Shown here one piece after another: positions 49,416-63,399 of a stretch of DNA of 64,000 bases; positions within the stretch are counted from its first letter, which is position 1; each line of letters begins with the position of its first letter. Source of the stretch: Octopus vulgaris (lineage: Eukaryota); NCBI GenBank assembly GCA_951406725.2, contig OX597821.1, positions 7,998,001-8,062,000 of the forward strand. Reading direction: 5' to 3'. Made by a program: the position numbers and the translations under genes. Below the pieces are notes generated by a model. It searched no databases, had not been told where the DNA came from, and worked only from the letters and a program-made list of their open reading frames with translations.

Positions 49416-50109
49416 TTTGAAGTAGAATATTCTCCTCTCAAGATACCCTAACCAGTTGGTCATGTGTAGTGGAAACGGAATCATGTCTATGTCTCCATGC
49501 ATATTCAGGCATCTCCTTTCTGTCTGTCGTTGTGCCTTTGCTGCTAAATTTTCTTTTTCAGTTGCATATTATATATAAGTGAAAGCTCATTAAGAACTAT
49601 CTTGTTTAGCATGCTAGAAATAGCAGCAATCACATAGTTATCATTTTAAGGTTTATAGCATTCTAAGTAGCCATACCAACGAAATCACTTCTTCATTTAA
49701 AAAAAAGAAAAAGAAAATTATACTGGGATGTTAAAGAATTTTTATTTCATCAAAAATATTAATTTAACAAACTCTGGAAACTGATAATATTCTTGAAATT
49801 CTGCCTCATATGAAAATTAAGTAGCTATTTTGAGTAATAGCATGCATTCATTCATGACAAAATCACTTAGAAATTATACTGGTATATTAAAAAATTTTCA
49901 TTTCATCAAAAATATTCATTTAACAAACTCCGGAAACTGATAATATTCTTGAAATTGTGTCTTGTATCAAAGTCATACAGCTATTATTAAATTATCATTA
50001 ATGAAAATAGAGGTGAGCGAGAATGAGAGACTGTTGCAAATAAAAACATAAAATGTTGCCTGCAATGAATTAATAGTGTTTATTATTGAACATTAAAATC
50101 TACTCTCCA

Positions 50110-53100
50110 CAGTGAATGCAATGAATATTTAAATTTATGAAGAATTGAATGCAGTGAATGCAATGAATATTTAAATTTATGAAGAATTGAATGCAGTGAA
50201 TGCAATGAATATTTAAATTTATGAAGAATTGAATGCAGTGAATGCAATGAATATTTAAATTTATGAAGAATTGAATGCAGTGAATGCAATGAATATTTAA
50301 ATTTATGAAGAATTGAATGCAGTGAATGCAATGAATATTTAAATTTATGAAGAATTGAATGCAGTGAATGCAATGAATATTTAAATTTATGAAGAATTGA
50401 ATGCAGTGAATGCAATTTAAATTTATGAAGAATTGAATGCAGTGAATGCAATGAATATTTAATTTATGAAGAATTGAATGCAGTGAATGCAATGAATATT
50501 TAAATTTATGAAGAATTGAATGCAGTGAATGCAATGAATATTTAAATTTATGAAGAATTGAATGCAGTGAATGCAATGAATATTTAAATTTATGAAGAAT
50601 TGAATGCAGTGAATGCAATGAATATTTAAATTTATGAAGAATTGAATGCAATGAATATTTAAATTTATGAATGAATGCAGTGAATGCAATGAATATTTAA
50701 ATTTATGAAGAATTGAATGCAGTGAATGCAATGAATATTTAAATTTATGAAGAATTGAATGCAGTGAATGCAATGAATATTTAAATTTATGAAGAATTGA
50801 ATGCAGTGAATGCAATGAATATTTAAATTTATGAAGAATTGAATGCAGTGAATGCAATGAATATTTAAATTTATGAAGAATTGAATGCAGTGAATGCAAT
50901 GAATATTTAAATTTATGAAGAATTGAATGCAGTGAATGCAATGAATATTTAAATTTATGAAGAATTGAATGCAGTGAATGCAATGAATATTTAAATTTAT
51001 GAAGAATTGAATGCAGTGAATGCAATGAATATTTAAATTTATGAAGAATTGAATGCAGTGAATGCAATGAATATTTAAATTTATGAAGAATTGAATGCAG
51101 TGAATGCAATGAATATTTAAATTTATGAAGAATTGAATGCAGTGAATGCAATGAATATTTAAATTTATGAAGAATTGAATGCAGTGAATGCAATGAATAT
51201 TTAAATTTATGAAGAATTGAATGCAGTGAATGCAATGAATATTTAAATTTATGAAGAATTGAATGCAGTGAATGCAATGAATATTTAAATTTATGAAGAA
51301 TTGAATGCAGTGAATGCAATGAATATTTAAATTTATGAAGAATTGAATGCAGTGAATGCAATGAATATTTAAATTTATGAAGAATTGAATGCAGTGAATG
51401 CAATGAATATTTAAATTTATGAAGAATTGAATGCAGTGAATGCAATGAATATTTAAATTTATGAAGAATTGAATGCAGTGAATGCAATGAATATTTAAAT
51501 TTATGAAGAATTGAATGCAGTGAATGCAATGAATATTTAAATTTATGAAGAATTGAATGCAGTGAATGCAAATGAATATTTAAATTTATGAAGAATTGAA
51601 TGCAGTGAATGCAATGAATATTTAAATTTATGAAGAATTGAATGCAGTGAATGCAATGAATATTTAAATTTATGAAGAATTGAATGCAGTATGAATGCAA
51701 TGAATATTTAAATTTATGAAGAATTGAATGCAGTGAATGCAATGAATTTTAAATTTATGAAGAATTGAATGCAGTGAATGCAATGAATATTTAAATTTAT
51801 GAAGAATTGAATGCAGTGATGAATGAATATTTAAATTTATGAAGAATTGAATGCAGTGAATGCAATGAATATTTAAATTTATGAAGAATTATGCAATGAA
51901 TATTTAAATTTATGAAGAATTGAATGCAGTGAAATTTATGAAGAATTGAATGCAGTGAATGCAATGAATATTTAAATTTATGAAGAATTGAATGCAGTAA
52001 TTGAATATTTAAATTTATGAAGAATTGAATGCAGTGAATGCAATGAATATTTAAATTTATGAAGAATTGAATGCAGTGAATGCAATGAATATTTAAATTT
52101 ATGAAGAATTGAATGCAATGAATATTTAAATTTATGAAGAATTGAATGCAGTGAATGCAATGAATATTTAAATTTATGAAGAATTGAATGCAGTGAATGC
52201 AATGAATATTTAAATTTATGAAGAATTGAATGCAATGAATATTTAAATTTATGAAGAATTGAATGCAGTGAATGCAATGAATATTTAAATTTATGAAGAA
52301 TTGAATGCAGTGAATGCAATGAATATTTAAATTTATGAAGAATTGAATGCAGTGAATATTTAAATTTATGAAGAATTGAATGCAGTGAATGCAATGAATA
52401 TTTAAATTTATGAAGAATTGAATGCAATGAATATTTAAATTTATGAAGAATTGAATGCAGTGAATGCAATGAATATTTAAATTTATGAAGAATTGAATGC
52501 AGTGAATGCAATGAATATTTAAATTTATGAAGAATTGAATGCAATGAATATTTAAATTTATGAAGAATTGAATGCAGTGAATGCAATGAATATTTAAATT
52601 TATGAAAAATTGAATGCAGTGAATGCAATGAATATTTAAATTTATGAAGAATTGAATGCAGTGAATATTTAAATTTATGAAGAATTGAATGCAGTGAATG
52701 CAATGAATATTTAAATTTATGAAGAATTGAATGCAGTGAATGCAATGAATATTTAAATTTATGAAGAATTGAATGCAGTGAATGCAATGAATATTTAAAT
52801 TTATGAAGAATTGAATGCAGTGAATATTTAAATTTATGAAGAATTGAATGCAGTGAATGCAATGAATATTTAAATTTATGAAGAATTGAATGCAGTGAAT
52901 GCAATGAATATTTAAATTTATGAAGAATTGAATGCAATGAATATTTAAATTTATGAAGAATTGAATGCAGTGAATGCAATGAATATTTAAATTTATGAAG
53001 AATTGAATGCAGTGAATATTTAAATTTATGAAGAATTGAATGCAGTGAATGCAATGAATATTTAAATTTATGAAGAATTGAATGCAGTGAATGCAATGAA

Positions 53101-53780
53101 TATTTAAATTTATGAAGAATTGAATGCAATGAATATTTAAATTTATGAAGAATTGAATGCAGTGAATGCAATGAATATTTAAATTTATGAAGAATTGAAT
53201 GCAGTGAATGCAATGAATATTTAAATTTATGAAGAATTGAATGCAATGAATATTTAAATTTATGAAGAATTGAATGCAGTGAATGCAATGAATATTTAAA
53301 TTTATGAAGAATTGAATGCAGTGAATGCAATGAATATTTAAATTTATGAAGAATTGAATGCAATGAATATTTAAATTTATGAAGAATTGAATGCAGTGAA
53401 TGCAATGAATATTTAAATTTATGAAGAATTGAATGCAGTGAATGCAATGAATATTTAAATTTATGAAGAATTGAATGCAGTGAATATTTAAATTTATGAA
53501 GAATTGAATGCAGTGAATGCAATGAATATTTAAATTTATGAAGAATTGAATGCAATGAATATTTAAATTTATGAAGAATTGAATGCAGTGAATGCAATGA
53601 ATATTTAAATTTATGAAGAATTGAATGCAGTGAATGCAATGAATATTTAAATTTATGAAGAATTGAATGCAGTGAATGCAATGAATATTTAAATTTATGA
53701 AGAATTGAATGCAGTGAATGCAATGAATATTTAAATTTATGAAGAATTGAATGCAGTGAATGCAATGAATATTTAAATTT
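50110..53780. repeat. Satellite array of 42-bp unit GAATGCAGTGAATGCAATGAATATTTAAATTTATGAAGAATT with 33-bp variants (roughly 90 units)
   Basis: Directly visible tandem array. Confidence 0.98.
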
Positions 53781-54001
53781 GCAAGTATTTGGAGTTTAAA
53801 AAATTCAATAAACTTCAGATATCGAAATTATAGGAAATTTCTTAGAACATGAATTTATAAAAATATTCCCAGACAGTCAAGCTTTTAATATTGCTTTCTT
53901 TTAGTAATTGTTACATATCTAATTAATAACCAGCTTTCTTCATTATAGTATGTATGTATGTGTGTATATATATATCATCATCATCATTTAGCGTCCGTTT
54001 T

Positions 54002-54039
<38 letters not shown>

Positions 54040-54040
<1 letters not shown>

Positions 54041-55205
54041 GGGACCAAGTCAGTAGCGGGGGTGGATGCTCTGAAAGTGTAGCTGCTAGAATAAGAATAG
54101 CCTGGGCAAAGTTCAGAGAGCTCTTACCTCTGCTGGTGACAAAGGGCCTCTCGCTTAGAGTAAAAGGTAGACTGTATGATGCATGTATACAAACAGCCAT
54201 TCTACATGGCAGTGAAACATGAGCTGTGACTGCTGAGGACATGCGTAAGCTTGCAAGGAATGAAGCCAGTATGCTCCGTTGGATGTGTAATGTCAGAGTG
54301 CCTACACAACAGAGTGTAAGTGCCCTGAGAGAAAAGTTGGATTTAAGAAGCATCAGATGTGGTGTGCAAGAGAGACGACTGCACTGGTATGGTTATGTGT
54401 TGTGAATGAATGAGGACAGCTGTGTGAAAAAGTGTCACACCCTAGCAGTTGTTGGAACTTGTGGAAGAGGTAGACCCAGGAAAACCTGGGATGAGGTGGT
54501 GAAGTATGACCTTTGAACATTGGGCCTTACCGAGGCAATGACTAGTGACTGAGACCTTTGGAGATATGCTGTGCTTGAGAAGACCCAACAAGCCAAGTCA
54601 GACCGTAGCCCATGGCCTATGCCAGTGGGTATAACTGGTCCACTTATGAGTACCCCTCATTCATTGGACAATGAACTTTGCTTGTGAAGACCTATTGAAG
54701 CAAGTGTAAACAAACCAAAACCGATGTCAGTACTGCCTGTTTGGCACTCAAGCCAGTGGAACGTTAAAAGCACATCCGAGCATTGTCGTTGCCAGGGCCA
54801 CGGATTGGCTCCTGTGCCGGTGAAACGTGAAAAGCACGATTTGAGCATGATCATTGCCCGCATCACCTTACTAGCACATGTGCTGGAGGCATGTGAAAAA
54901 CAACATCCAAGCAGGGTCGTTGCCAGTGCCACTGGACTGGCTCCTGTGCAGAAAGCATGTAAAAAACACTTTTTGAGCATGGTTGTTGCCAGAACTGTCT
55001 GACTGGCCCTTATGCCGGTGGCACGTAAAAGCACCCACTACACTCTTGCAGTGGTTGGCATTAGGAAGGGCATCCAGCTGTAGAAACTTTGCCAGATCAG
55101 ATTGGAGACTCTTCTAGCCTCTGGCCCATCAGTCCTCAGTCAAACTGTCCAACCCATGCCAGCATGGAAAGCGGACGTTAAACTCTGATGATGATGATGA
55201 TGATA
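54040..55205 (+). mobile_element. RTE-type LINE 3' portion (RT C-terminus, UTR and GAT tail)
   Basis: RIRIAWAKFREL...VKGRLYDACIQTAILHGSET...RRLHWYG...GRGRPRKTWDEVV, with stops. Confidence 0.85.
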
Positions 55206-56247
55206 TATATATATATATGCCAGCGCCGCCTCGACTGGCTTCCGTGTCGGTGGCACATAAAAAGCACCAATCCGACCGTGGCCGATGCCAGCCTCGCCTG
55301 GCACCAGTGCAGGTGGCACGTAAAAAGCACCCACTACACTCACGGAGTGGTTGGCGTTAGGAAGGGCATCCAGCCGTAGAAACATTGCCAGATAAGACCG
55401 GAGCCTGGTGCAGCCTTCTGGCTTCCCAGATCTCTGGTCGAACCGTCCAACCCATGCTAGCATGGAGAACGGACGTTAAACGATGATGATGATGATGATG
55501 ATGATGATATATGTATTTGTATGTATATATGTATTTTTGTGTATGTTTGTGTGTGTGTACAACCTGTAGACTTCTCTTTCTTCTGTCATCTGTACTATGT
55601 TCACCAAAAGTCCTACTCTTTCACACTTCTACTTGTTTTAGCCTGTGAGCTGTGGCCATGCTGGGGAACCACCACCGCAGAGCACTTTGCCTAAACTTTT
55701 ATGCCTAGGATTGGCTCCTGCCGTCCACTTCTCTAAACTTGCCTCTTGTCTCTGCCATGCTTACGTATGTTTCTCTTATAAGCATCGATCCATAGTTATG
55801 AAGACTACTTTGTCATCAGCCTCACCAATCTGCAAGTGTCTGCAAATGCCATGAGCTTTGCCTCCCCCCCCCCCGACTATAAACAAGGTAAACAAACAGT
55901 AGCCACAAGAAAACTAGCTGATTTACAAAACGAAATGAGTGTGTGCATGTGTGCACGCACACACTCACTCACACGCACACACACGCACACGCACACACGC
56001 TCACTTACTCACACACACACGCACTATCTAAGGGAAGTTGATACAGGAAATGGAATATATTGTAAGAGGGAGTCTGAAATCTACTTAGATAAATTGCAGG
56101 CATTCTGAATATAATTATGACACGTATGTGTGAGCTTGTGTGTGTGTGTCTGTGTTGGTTTGTGTGCATGTCTGTGTGCCTCTGTGTGTGTGTATGTGCA
56201 TGTATGTTTGTGATTCTGGATGTATGTGTGCGTGTGCATGTATGTGC

Positions 56248-56292
<45 letters not shown>

Positions 56293-58455
56293 CATGTGTG
56301 TGTGCAGGGACGTGGGAGAGAAAAAGAATGGTAAGCAAGGATGTTATTATGAGTTAACTGGGCAATCAGTCACTGACTTCTCTCCTCAACAACTCCACCC
56401 CCAACGCAGACCATTCAACCTGACACTTCCAATACCACCTACTTAACTCACAATCTAAAAAAAAAAATAATAAACAAAAATAAAATAAAATTACAAAATA
56501 AATGTAAAAACAAACAAAAAAACCAAAACTCTCCTGGAAAGATCCTGCTTGTTCTCCTCATCACTTTTTCCTCATGTTTTTCTTTCCCTGCTCTTCTAAA
56601 CTTACTTCATCTCTCTCAGATATGTGAGAAGCTGAAGCCCTGAAGCTGAGTCAATTCTGATGTTGGATATTAAATTTTGCAGTTAATTACTAAAGAAGCT
56701 AGAAGGAGAAACTAACGCTGCACTATCACCATGGTAACTGATTAATGACAGTCAGTTCAGGTTTACTGTGTAACTTTGTAGTGAAGGTGCAGTGGCTTGG
56801 TGGTTAAGGTGTTGCACTCATGACTGCGAGATCATGGTTTCGATTCCTGGACCAGAAAATTTCTTGTATTCCTGGGCAGGACATTTCATTTCATGTTCTG
56901 GTTCACTCAGCTGTGAATGAGTAATCTTGGTTTTCCATTCAGGGACAGTGTTGTGATCTTGGTCACATATACCCCATACATCTACCCGTGTAGCCAGTAG
57001 GGTAGCATCATTTGAAAGCTACAGCACTACAAGAAAGTGCATTGTGATCAGTGGTGTATAACAATATCCAACAGTCTGGTCATTATGGCATTGTTTGGCT
57101 CAAATAATAATAATGATGACGGTTTCAAATTTTGGTACAAGGCCAGCAATTTCAATGGAGGGACATAAGTTGATTACATCGACCCCACTACTCAACTGGT
57201 TCTTATTTTATTGACCCTGAAAGGATGAAAGGCAAAGTTGACCTTTGTGGAATTTGAACTCAAAACATAAAGATGGACAAAATGCTTAGAAGCATTTTGT
57301 CCAGTGTGCTAACGATTCTGCCAGCTCGCTACCTTAATTACAATAACAATAATAATAATAGTCCTTTCTACTATTGACACAAGGTCTGAAAATTTTTTTG
57401 GGGGCGGTAAGTCGATTACATCGGCTCCAGTGCTCAAAAGGGACAAAAGGCAAAGTTGACCGTGGTGGAATTTGAACTCAGAATGTAAAGAAGCAGAAGA
57501 AATATTGCTAAGCATTTTGCCTGGTGTGCTAACGATTCTGCCAGTTCACTGCCTTAATGACAATAATAATAATAATAATCTCTGTATCATTGCTATCTGG
57601 TAACCCCCCCCCCCACTCTATATATACCCAGGTTTTCACCACTCACTAATCACGCTTCTTTGGTAATATCATGACACTTATATTATGACCTTTGAACTTC
57701 AAGGGTATGCCTTGGCATTTATATCTCTCTCTGCCTTTACTTGACCATCCCATTTATATTCTGATCCCTTTGTGAGTATGCCTGGCACTTTGCCACCATC
57801 TCTATACTGCTGTCTCCAATCTCTCTCCTTCTCCTGCACTTCCCTCAGGTTTCGCCTTTATGGCAGCACACCTGTTTCTGTCCTCACTCCTCATCTCTCT
57901 CTTTGGCCAAGTAACTCTTGTACCTTCTCTACAGCAAGACACCTGTTTCTATCTCTCTGTCTCACTATATATAGCCTTTCATCATCTGGCACAAGATCAC
58001 CTCCTCCAATGCCCCCTCCCCTCTCAAAAGGTTTTCTTTTTCAAGTTACTTGATAACCCTGTCAGTGCAGGTGCTACTTAAAAAGCATCCAGTCCACACT
58101 GTAAAGTGGAAGGGCACTCAGCTGTAAAAACCTTGCCAAAACTGACCTTACCTGTGCTTGTGCTATGTAAAAAGCACAAAGTCCACTCTGCTGAGTGGTT
58201 GGTGTTAGGAAGGGCATCCAGCTGTAAAAATCCTGCCAAAACAGTCACAGAAGTCTGGTGCAGGCATCTGCTTGTTGGCTCCTGTCAAACCATCCAACCC
58301 ATGTCAGCATAGAAGGCGGACGTTAAACGATGTTATTGATGATGATGAATAATTATAATAACGGATGACTTTAATTAAAATGGATGTTGTTTTTCATTTT
58401 CTTTTTTTCTTTCTTTCTCTATTATTTCTAATTGCCCTAAATTCATTATTCTCAG

Positions 58456-58548
58456 CATTCTTCTGCCAGTATACCACGAGAAGAAGGAAACGAACCTGAA
58501 ATCCAAGCAGACAGACATGAAAAACATTGCTAAAAGGAAGGCCATGCA
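58456..58548 (+). CDS. RPP38: RPP38-like coding exon 3 (SILLPVYHEKKETNLKSKQTDMKNIAKRKAM-), 93 nt; gene continues beyond the window
   Basis: TTCTCAG| acceptor, CA|GTAAGT donor, open in phase 2. Lys-rich like the RPP38 linker. The L7Ae domain exons are not in the window. Confidence 0.55.
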
Positions 58549-58949
58549 GTAAGTGTTTGGAAGTCTCATCTTTATCTCTTGACTGTTATCTTTAATAATC
58601 AGACCATCTGTGAAATAGCATTCTTTCTCTTTACTTGCTATGTTTGAAATGATAAGTAGTCACGTAGTTACTTGATTTGCAAGAATTAGCAACCAAATTT
58701 CTAACCCCCCCCACTTCTTTTACCTTTCTGAAACAACACACTACCATCATGAAAAAGAAAAAGAAAAAGAGAAAAGAATAAGGAAAGCCTGACTCTGAGG
58801 TGAGAAGTTTGCTTTTGACCATTTGGTTTAATCCCATTCTATGGCATGTTGGGCAAGTGTCTTCTGTTATAGCCCCAGGCTGATCAAGGCCTTGTGAGTG
58901 GATTTTGGTTGATAGAAATTGAAAGAAACCATCATTGTATATATATATT

Positions 58950-59352
58950 ACTCTCTTTACTCTTTTACTTGTTTCAGTCATTTGACTGCGGCCATGCTGG
59001 AGCACCGCCTTTAGTTGAGCAAATCGACCCCGGGACTTATTCTTTGTAAGCCTAGTACTTATTCTATCGGTCTCTTTTGCCGAACCGCTAAGTGACAGGG
59101 ACGTAAACACACCAGCATCGGTTGTCAAGCAATGCTAGGGGGACAAACACACACACAAATACACACACACGCACATATATATATATATTCATATATACGA
59201 CAGGCTTCTTTCAGTTTCCGTCTACCAAATACACTCACAAGGCATTGGTCGGCCCGGAGCTATAGCAGAAGACACTTGTCCAAGATGCCACGCAGTGGGA
59301 CTGAACCCGGAACCATGTGGTTGGTTAGCAAGCTACTTACCACACAGCCACT
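58950..59352 (-). mobile_element. tRNA-derived SINE (dominant family)
   Basis: Full-length reverse copy. Confidence 0.88.
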
Positions 59353-62037
59353 CATATATATATACATACACATACATACTATGCATGTGTGTGTGTATCA
59401 TCCAGGGTTTTAAATCTGGGTTTTGTCCCCATTAATGGTGGTTGGCTGGATTTACCTCAATGCCATAGGAATTGCCCTCACACCATCTTGCCATAACGAA
59501 TGTGTGTGTCTATGTGTATGTGTGTGTGAGTATGCATGTGTATTTGTGTGTGTGTGTGTGAGTGCATTTGTGTGTATGTGTATGTGTGTGTGTGCTTGTG
59601 TGTATGTGCGTGTGTGTGTGTACGTGTGTGTGTGTATGTGTGTGTGTGTATGTATGTGCGTTCGCATGTGTGTGTGTGTTACACAGACACATCTCTTTGC
59701 CTTGACATTGTATGATAGTTGTAGGTGAGTGCCACCGTCCTGCAAGCAGTGTCCTTCCTTGTCAGTCAATCATCAGCAAAATCATGTCTGGTCATGGGAA
59801 TAACATGAGGGTTGGTGATATACTAACATTTAAGAAATGTAAGGTGGGCATGTCCACCAATCTATCAATCTTGAAGGGTTGGTAGTGGAATAAGGTTGTA
59901 ATTATAAGAGTATGCATTAATATCCCAAAAGAAGTCATAAAACCTAGTGACCTCATCTGCTCATTAGTGGCAGAACTTGCTTGATTACAGCAGTTAGTGG
60001 GTGCCAAGCATAACATTTGACCCTATCAAAACACGTTCAAAAACAGTTGCCAACACTGCTCTAAATCATCAACATTATGATGTATCTCTGAGCCCCCAGA
60101 AACAGCTGTCGGATTCATAACACCTTACTTCCTCCCCTTTAATTTTCTCTGTCCTTTGTGTTCTGTTTAAGTTGGATCTATTAATATAAATATCCAAATA
60201 TTTATACTTATATTCATCATCTGAAATCCTCCATTCTTTGATTTCTCTCATTTTGCATGTATACATATATACATATTTTGTAGTTTATACCAAAGCTGTT
60301 ATATTTAATATATTTAATTTGTTTATCTGCCTAATTGCCTCTATCATCATCATCATCATCATCATTTAATGTCTGTTTTCCATGCTGGCAGGAGCTGGTC
60401 AACTGAAGAGCTGCTCAGGCTCCATGTCTATTTTGGCATGGTTTCTATGGCTGGATGCCCTTCCTAACACCAACTATTTTAGAGAATGTATTGGGTGCTT
60501 TTATGCAGCACTGGCATGAGTGTGTTTACGTGGCCCCGGCACTGGTGCTTTTTATGTGGCACCAGCACCCACAAGCCTTCAAGGTTAGGAATGCTCAGCT
60601 GGGGAGGGATTCAGGGGACATACCTGAGTCAAAAGACAACCATGCTTTTACTTAGCTTGACGTGTATTTTCAAGCACAGCAAACCACCAGGAGTCCCCTG
60701 TCTTCCCCTTGGGGAGTCCTAACATCTATAGATCCTTTGTGTGTGTGTCTGTTGGGCTTCCATTCAGTTTCTTATTTCTTTATTGCCCACAAGGTGGCTA
60801 AACATAGAGGGGACAAACAAGAACAGACAAAGGGATTAAGTCTATTACATCAACCCCAGTGCATAAGTGGTACTTAATTTATTGACCCCGAAAGGATGAA
60901 AGGCAAAGTCAACCTCGGTGGAATTTGAACTCAGAATGTAACGGCAGACGAAATACCGCTAAGTATTTCGCCATGTGTGCTAACGTTTCTGCCAGCTCAC
61001 CACCTTTCTCTTCCACTCAGTTTCTGTCTATTTAATTCACTCATAAGGCATTGGTCAACCTAGGGCTATAGTAGAAGACACTTGCCCAAGGTGTCATACA
61101 GTGGGATTGAAACCAAAACCATGTGGCTGCAAGCTGTACTTCTTAACCACACAACCAAGTCTGCGAAAAGAAAAAAAACATAGAAAACATCCATAAAAAT
61201 GACAAGATGTCTACATTGCAACCTTTGATCATAGGCCTGTTTGATTAAGGTAGGTCTAAGGGCTGGATGACAATGACAACAACAACATTAATCTAAATAA
61301 TCTGTTAAGTCCCAGATTATTTAAATGTCTTTATTATGCCTTGAAAAATAATCTTTGTGTTGTCTGGGAACATTTTAAGAGATGTTTGTACACTAGAGTT
61401 ACAAAATGAAAAAGAGGAAAAGAAAAAAAATGCCTTTTTTAAAAAATATTGTGTGTGTGGGAAGCAATCTGCTATCAGTTCTGATAAGTTTTAATGTCTG
61501 CAGCGATATGCAACTTAACCTTTTTGATATTAATTCCTCTTCAATGGCAAGAGGACACTATTCTGTGTGTGTGCATATAAATGTGCATGTGTGTGTGCAT
61601 GCATATATGTATGTTTGTGTGTATGTATGTGTATGCATGTGTGTCTGTTTGTCTATGTGTGTGTTTGTGTGAATGCATGTATATGTGTATGATTGCGTGT
61701 GTGCATGAGCATGCACATTATATTCTGTTTTTCCCCTTCATTGCTATAATTGGGTAAAATGGTCTTTGACACCATTTCTTTAGAATGAGGCATTAAACAA
61801 ATTAGCAAAAATCAAAAAGTAAATAAAAAACATTTAAAAAAAAAAAGCTTTTATTTAGAGATCCATGTGTGTGTGTGAAAATAGATAACCTTGAAGAAGT
61901 GGCTTGGGTCAAATGTGTATATCAGGTTAGCATGCTGTAGTAAATGAGTTGATGTGAGAATTTTGTTGCCAGGTACGAGGTCTATATTTAAGCTGTGAAT
62001 AATAAATTTGCTTAAATAATTCAGAGAGAGAGAGATA

Positions 62038-62244
62038 CGAAAGGGTGCTTAAAAGATTCTGGCTTTGAGTAAAAGAAAATGCAGAAGGATCAGTTAATTA
62101 TGATTTTGTTCAAAATATTCCCCTCTCAGATTCACACACATATTGCAGTGACCCTTCAGTTTTTCAAAGCCCTGTAAAAGTTCTTGGGATTCCAACCAGT
62201 CCTTTCATGATAGCCTTAAACCATGATAGCCTTAAACCCCTCGT
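62038..62244. mobile_element. Internally deleted mariner derivative related to the element at 44064-45526
   Basis: Shares the terminal ~170 bp with 44064-44235; ends TA-CGAAAGGG...CCCCTCG-TA. Confidence 0.6.
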
Positions 62245-62260
62245 AAATAGATAGATAGAT

Positions 62261-62300
<40 letters not shown>

Positions 62301-62519
62301 CATCCTTCAAATGAAAATCATTATCTCTGATCTTTTACTTGTTTCATGCTGGGGCACTGTGTTGAAGGGTTTTAGGCAAAGCGTTGTGCTTCAGACTGTT
62401 TAGTTATTGCTGGCCACTTTTGAAATTGATAGATTAAGTTATAGGGATGTTAACAAACCAACACTAGTTATCAAGTGGTGGTGGGGAAAACCAACGCAAA
62501 GACACATGCATATACATAC

Positions 62520-62554
<35 letters not shown>

Positions 62555-62711
62555 TCATCATAATCATCATCATCATCGTCATCATCGTTTAAAATCCACT
62601 TTCCCTGCTGGCATGGGTTGGATGGTTTGGTAGGAGATGCTAAGCTAGAGAATTTTGTCAAGCTCCACCATTTGTTTTAGAATGGTTTTGCAATTGGATG
62701 CCCTCTCTCTT

Positions 62712-62744
<33 letters not shown>

Positions 62745-62944
62745 TTATATTGTTCTTTTATTCGTTTACTTGTTTCAGTAATTTGACTGCAGCAGTGCTG
62801 GAGCACCACCTTTAGCCGAACATATTGACCCCAGAACTTATTCTTTGTAAGCCTAGTACTTATTCTATCAGTCTCTTGGAAACATAAACACACCAACACC
62901 GGTTGTGAAGCAATGATGGTGGGGACGAACACAAACATATACAT

Positions 62945-62990
<46 letters not shown>

Positions 62991-63195
62991 CGGCGCACAT
63001 ACCCTTTTGTCTTTTATATATATATATGTATATATATACACGGGCTTCTTTCAGTTTCTGTCTACCAAATCCACTCAAGGCTTTGGTTGGCCCAAGGCTA
63101 TAGTAGAAGACACTTGCCCAAGGTGCCACGCAGTGGGACTGAACCTGGAACCATGGTTGAAAAGCAAGCTTCTTACCACACAGCCATGCCTGCGC

Positions 63196-63227
<32 letters not shown>

Positions 63228-63274
63228 GTATATATGTATGTATGTATGTATATATGTACATATATATGTACATA

Positions 63275-63325
<51 letters not shown>

Positions 63326-63399
63326 GTATATATATATATATACATATATATGTACATACATATATATATATGTGTATATATATATATATATATATGTAT

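Noticed and set aside
50083-53765. Long ORFs (427 and 595 aa) of HSLHSILHKFKYSL repeats
   Set aside because: A by-product of stop-free 42/33-bp satellite units, both multiples of 3; no unique coding sequence or splice context.
50110-53780. CRISPR-like array
   Set aside because: No unique spacers; a pure tandem satellite in a eukaryotic context.
56620-56733. Possible 114-nt cassette (poison) exon in RPP38-like intron 2
   Set aside because: The splice sites are plausible, but it has an immediate in-frame stop and there is no other support without RNA data.
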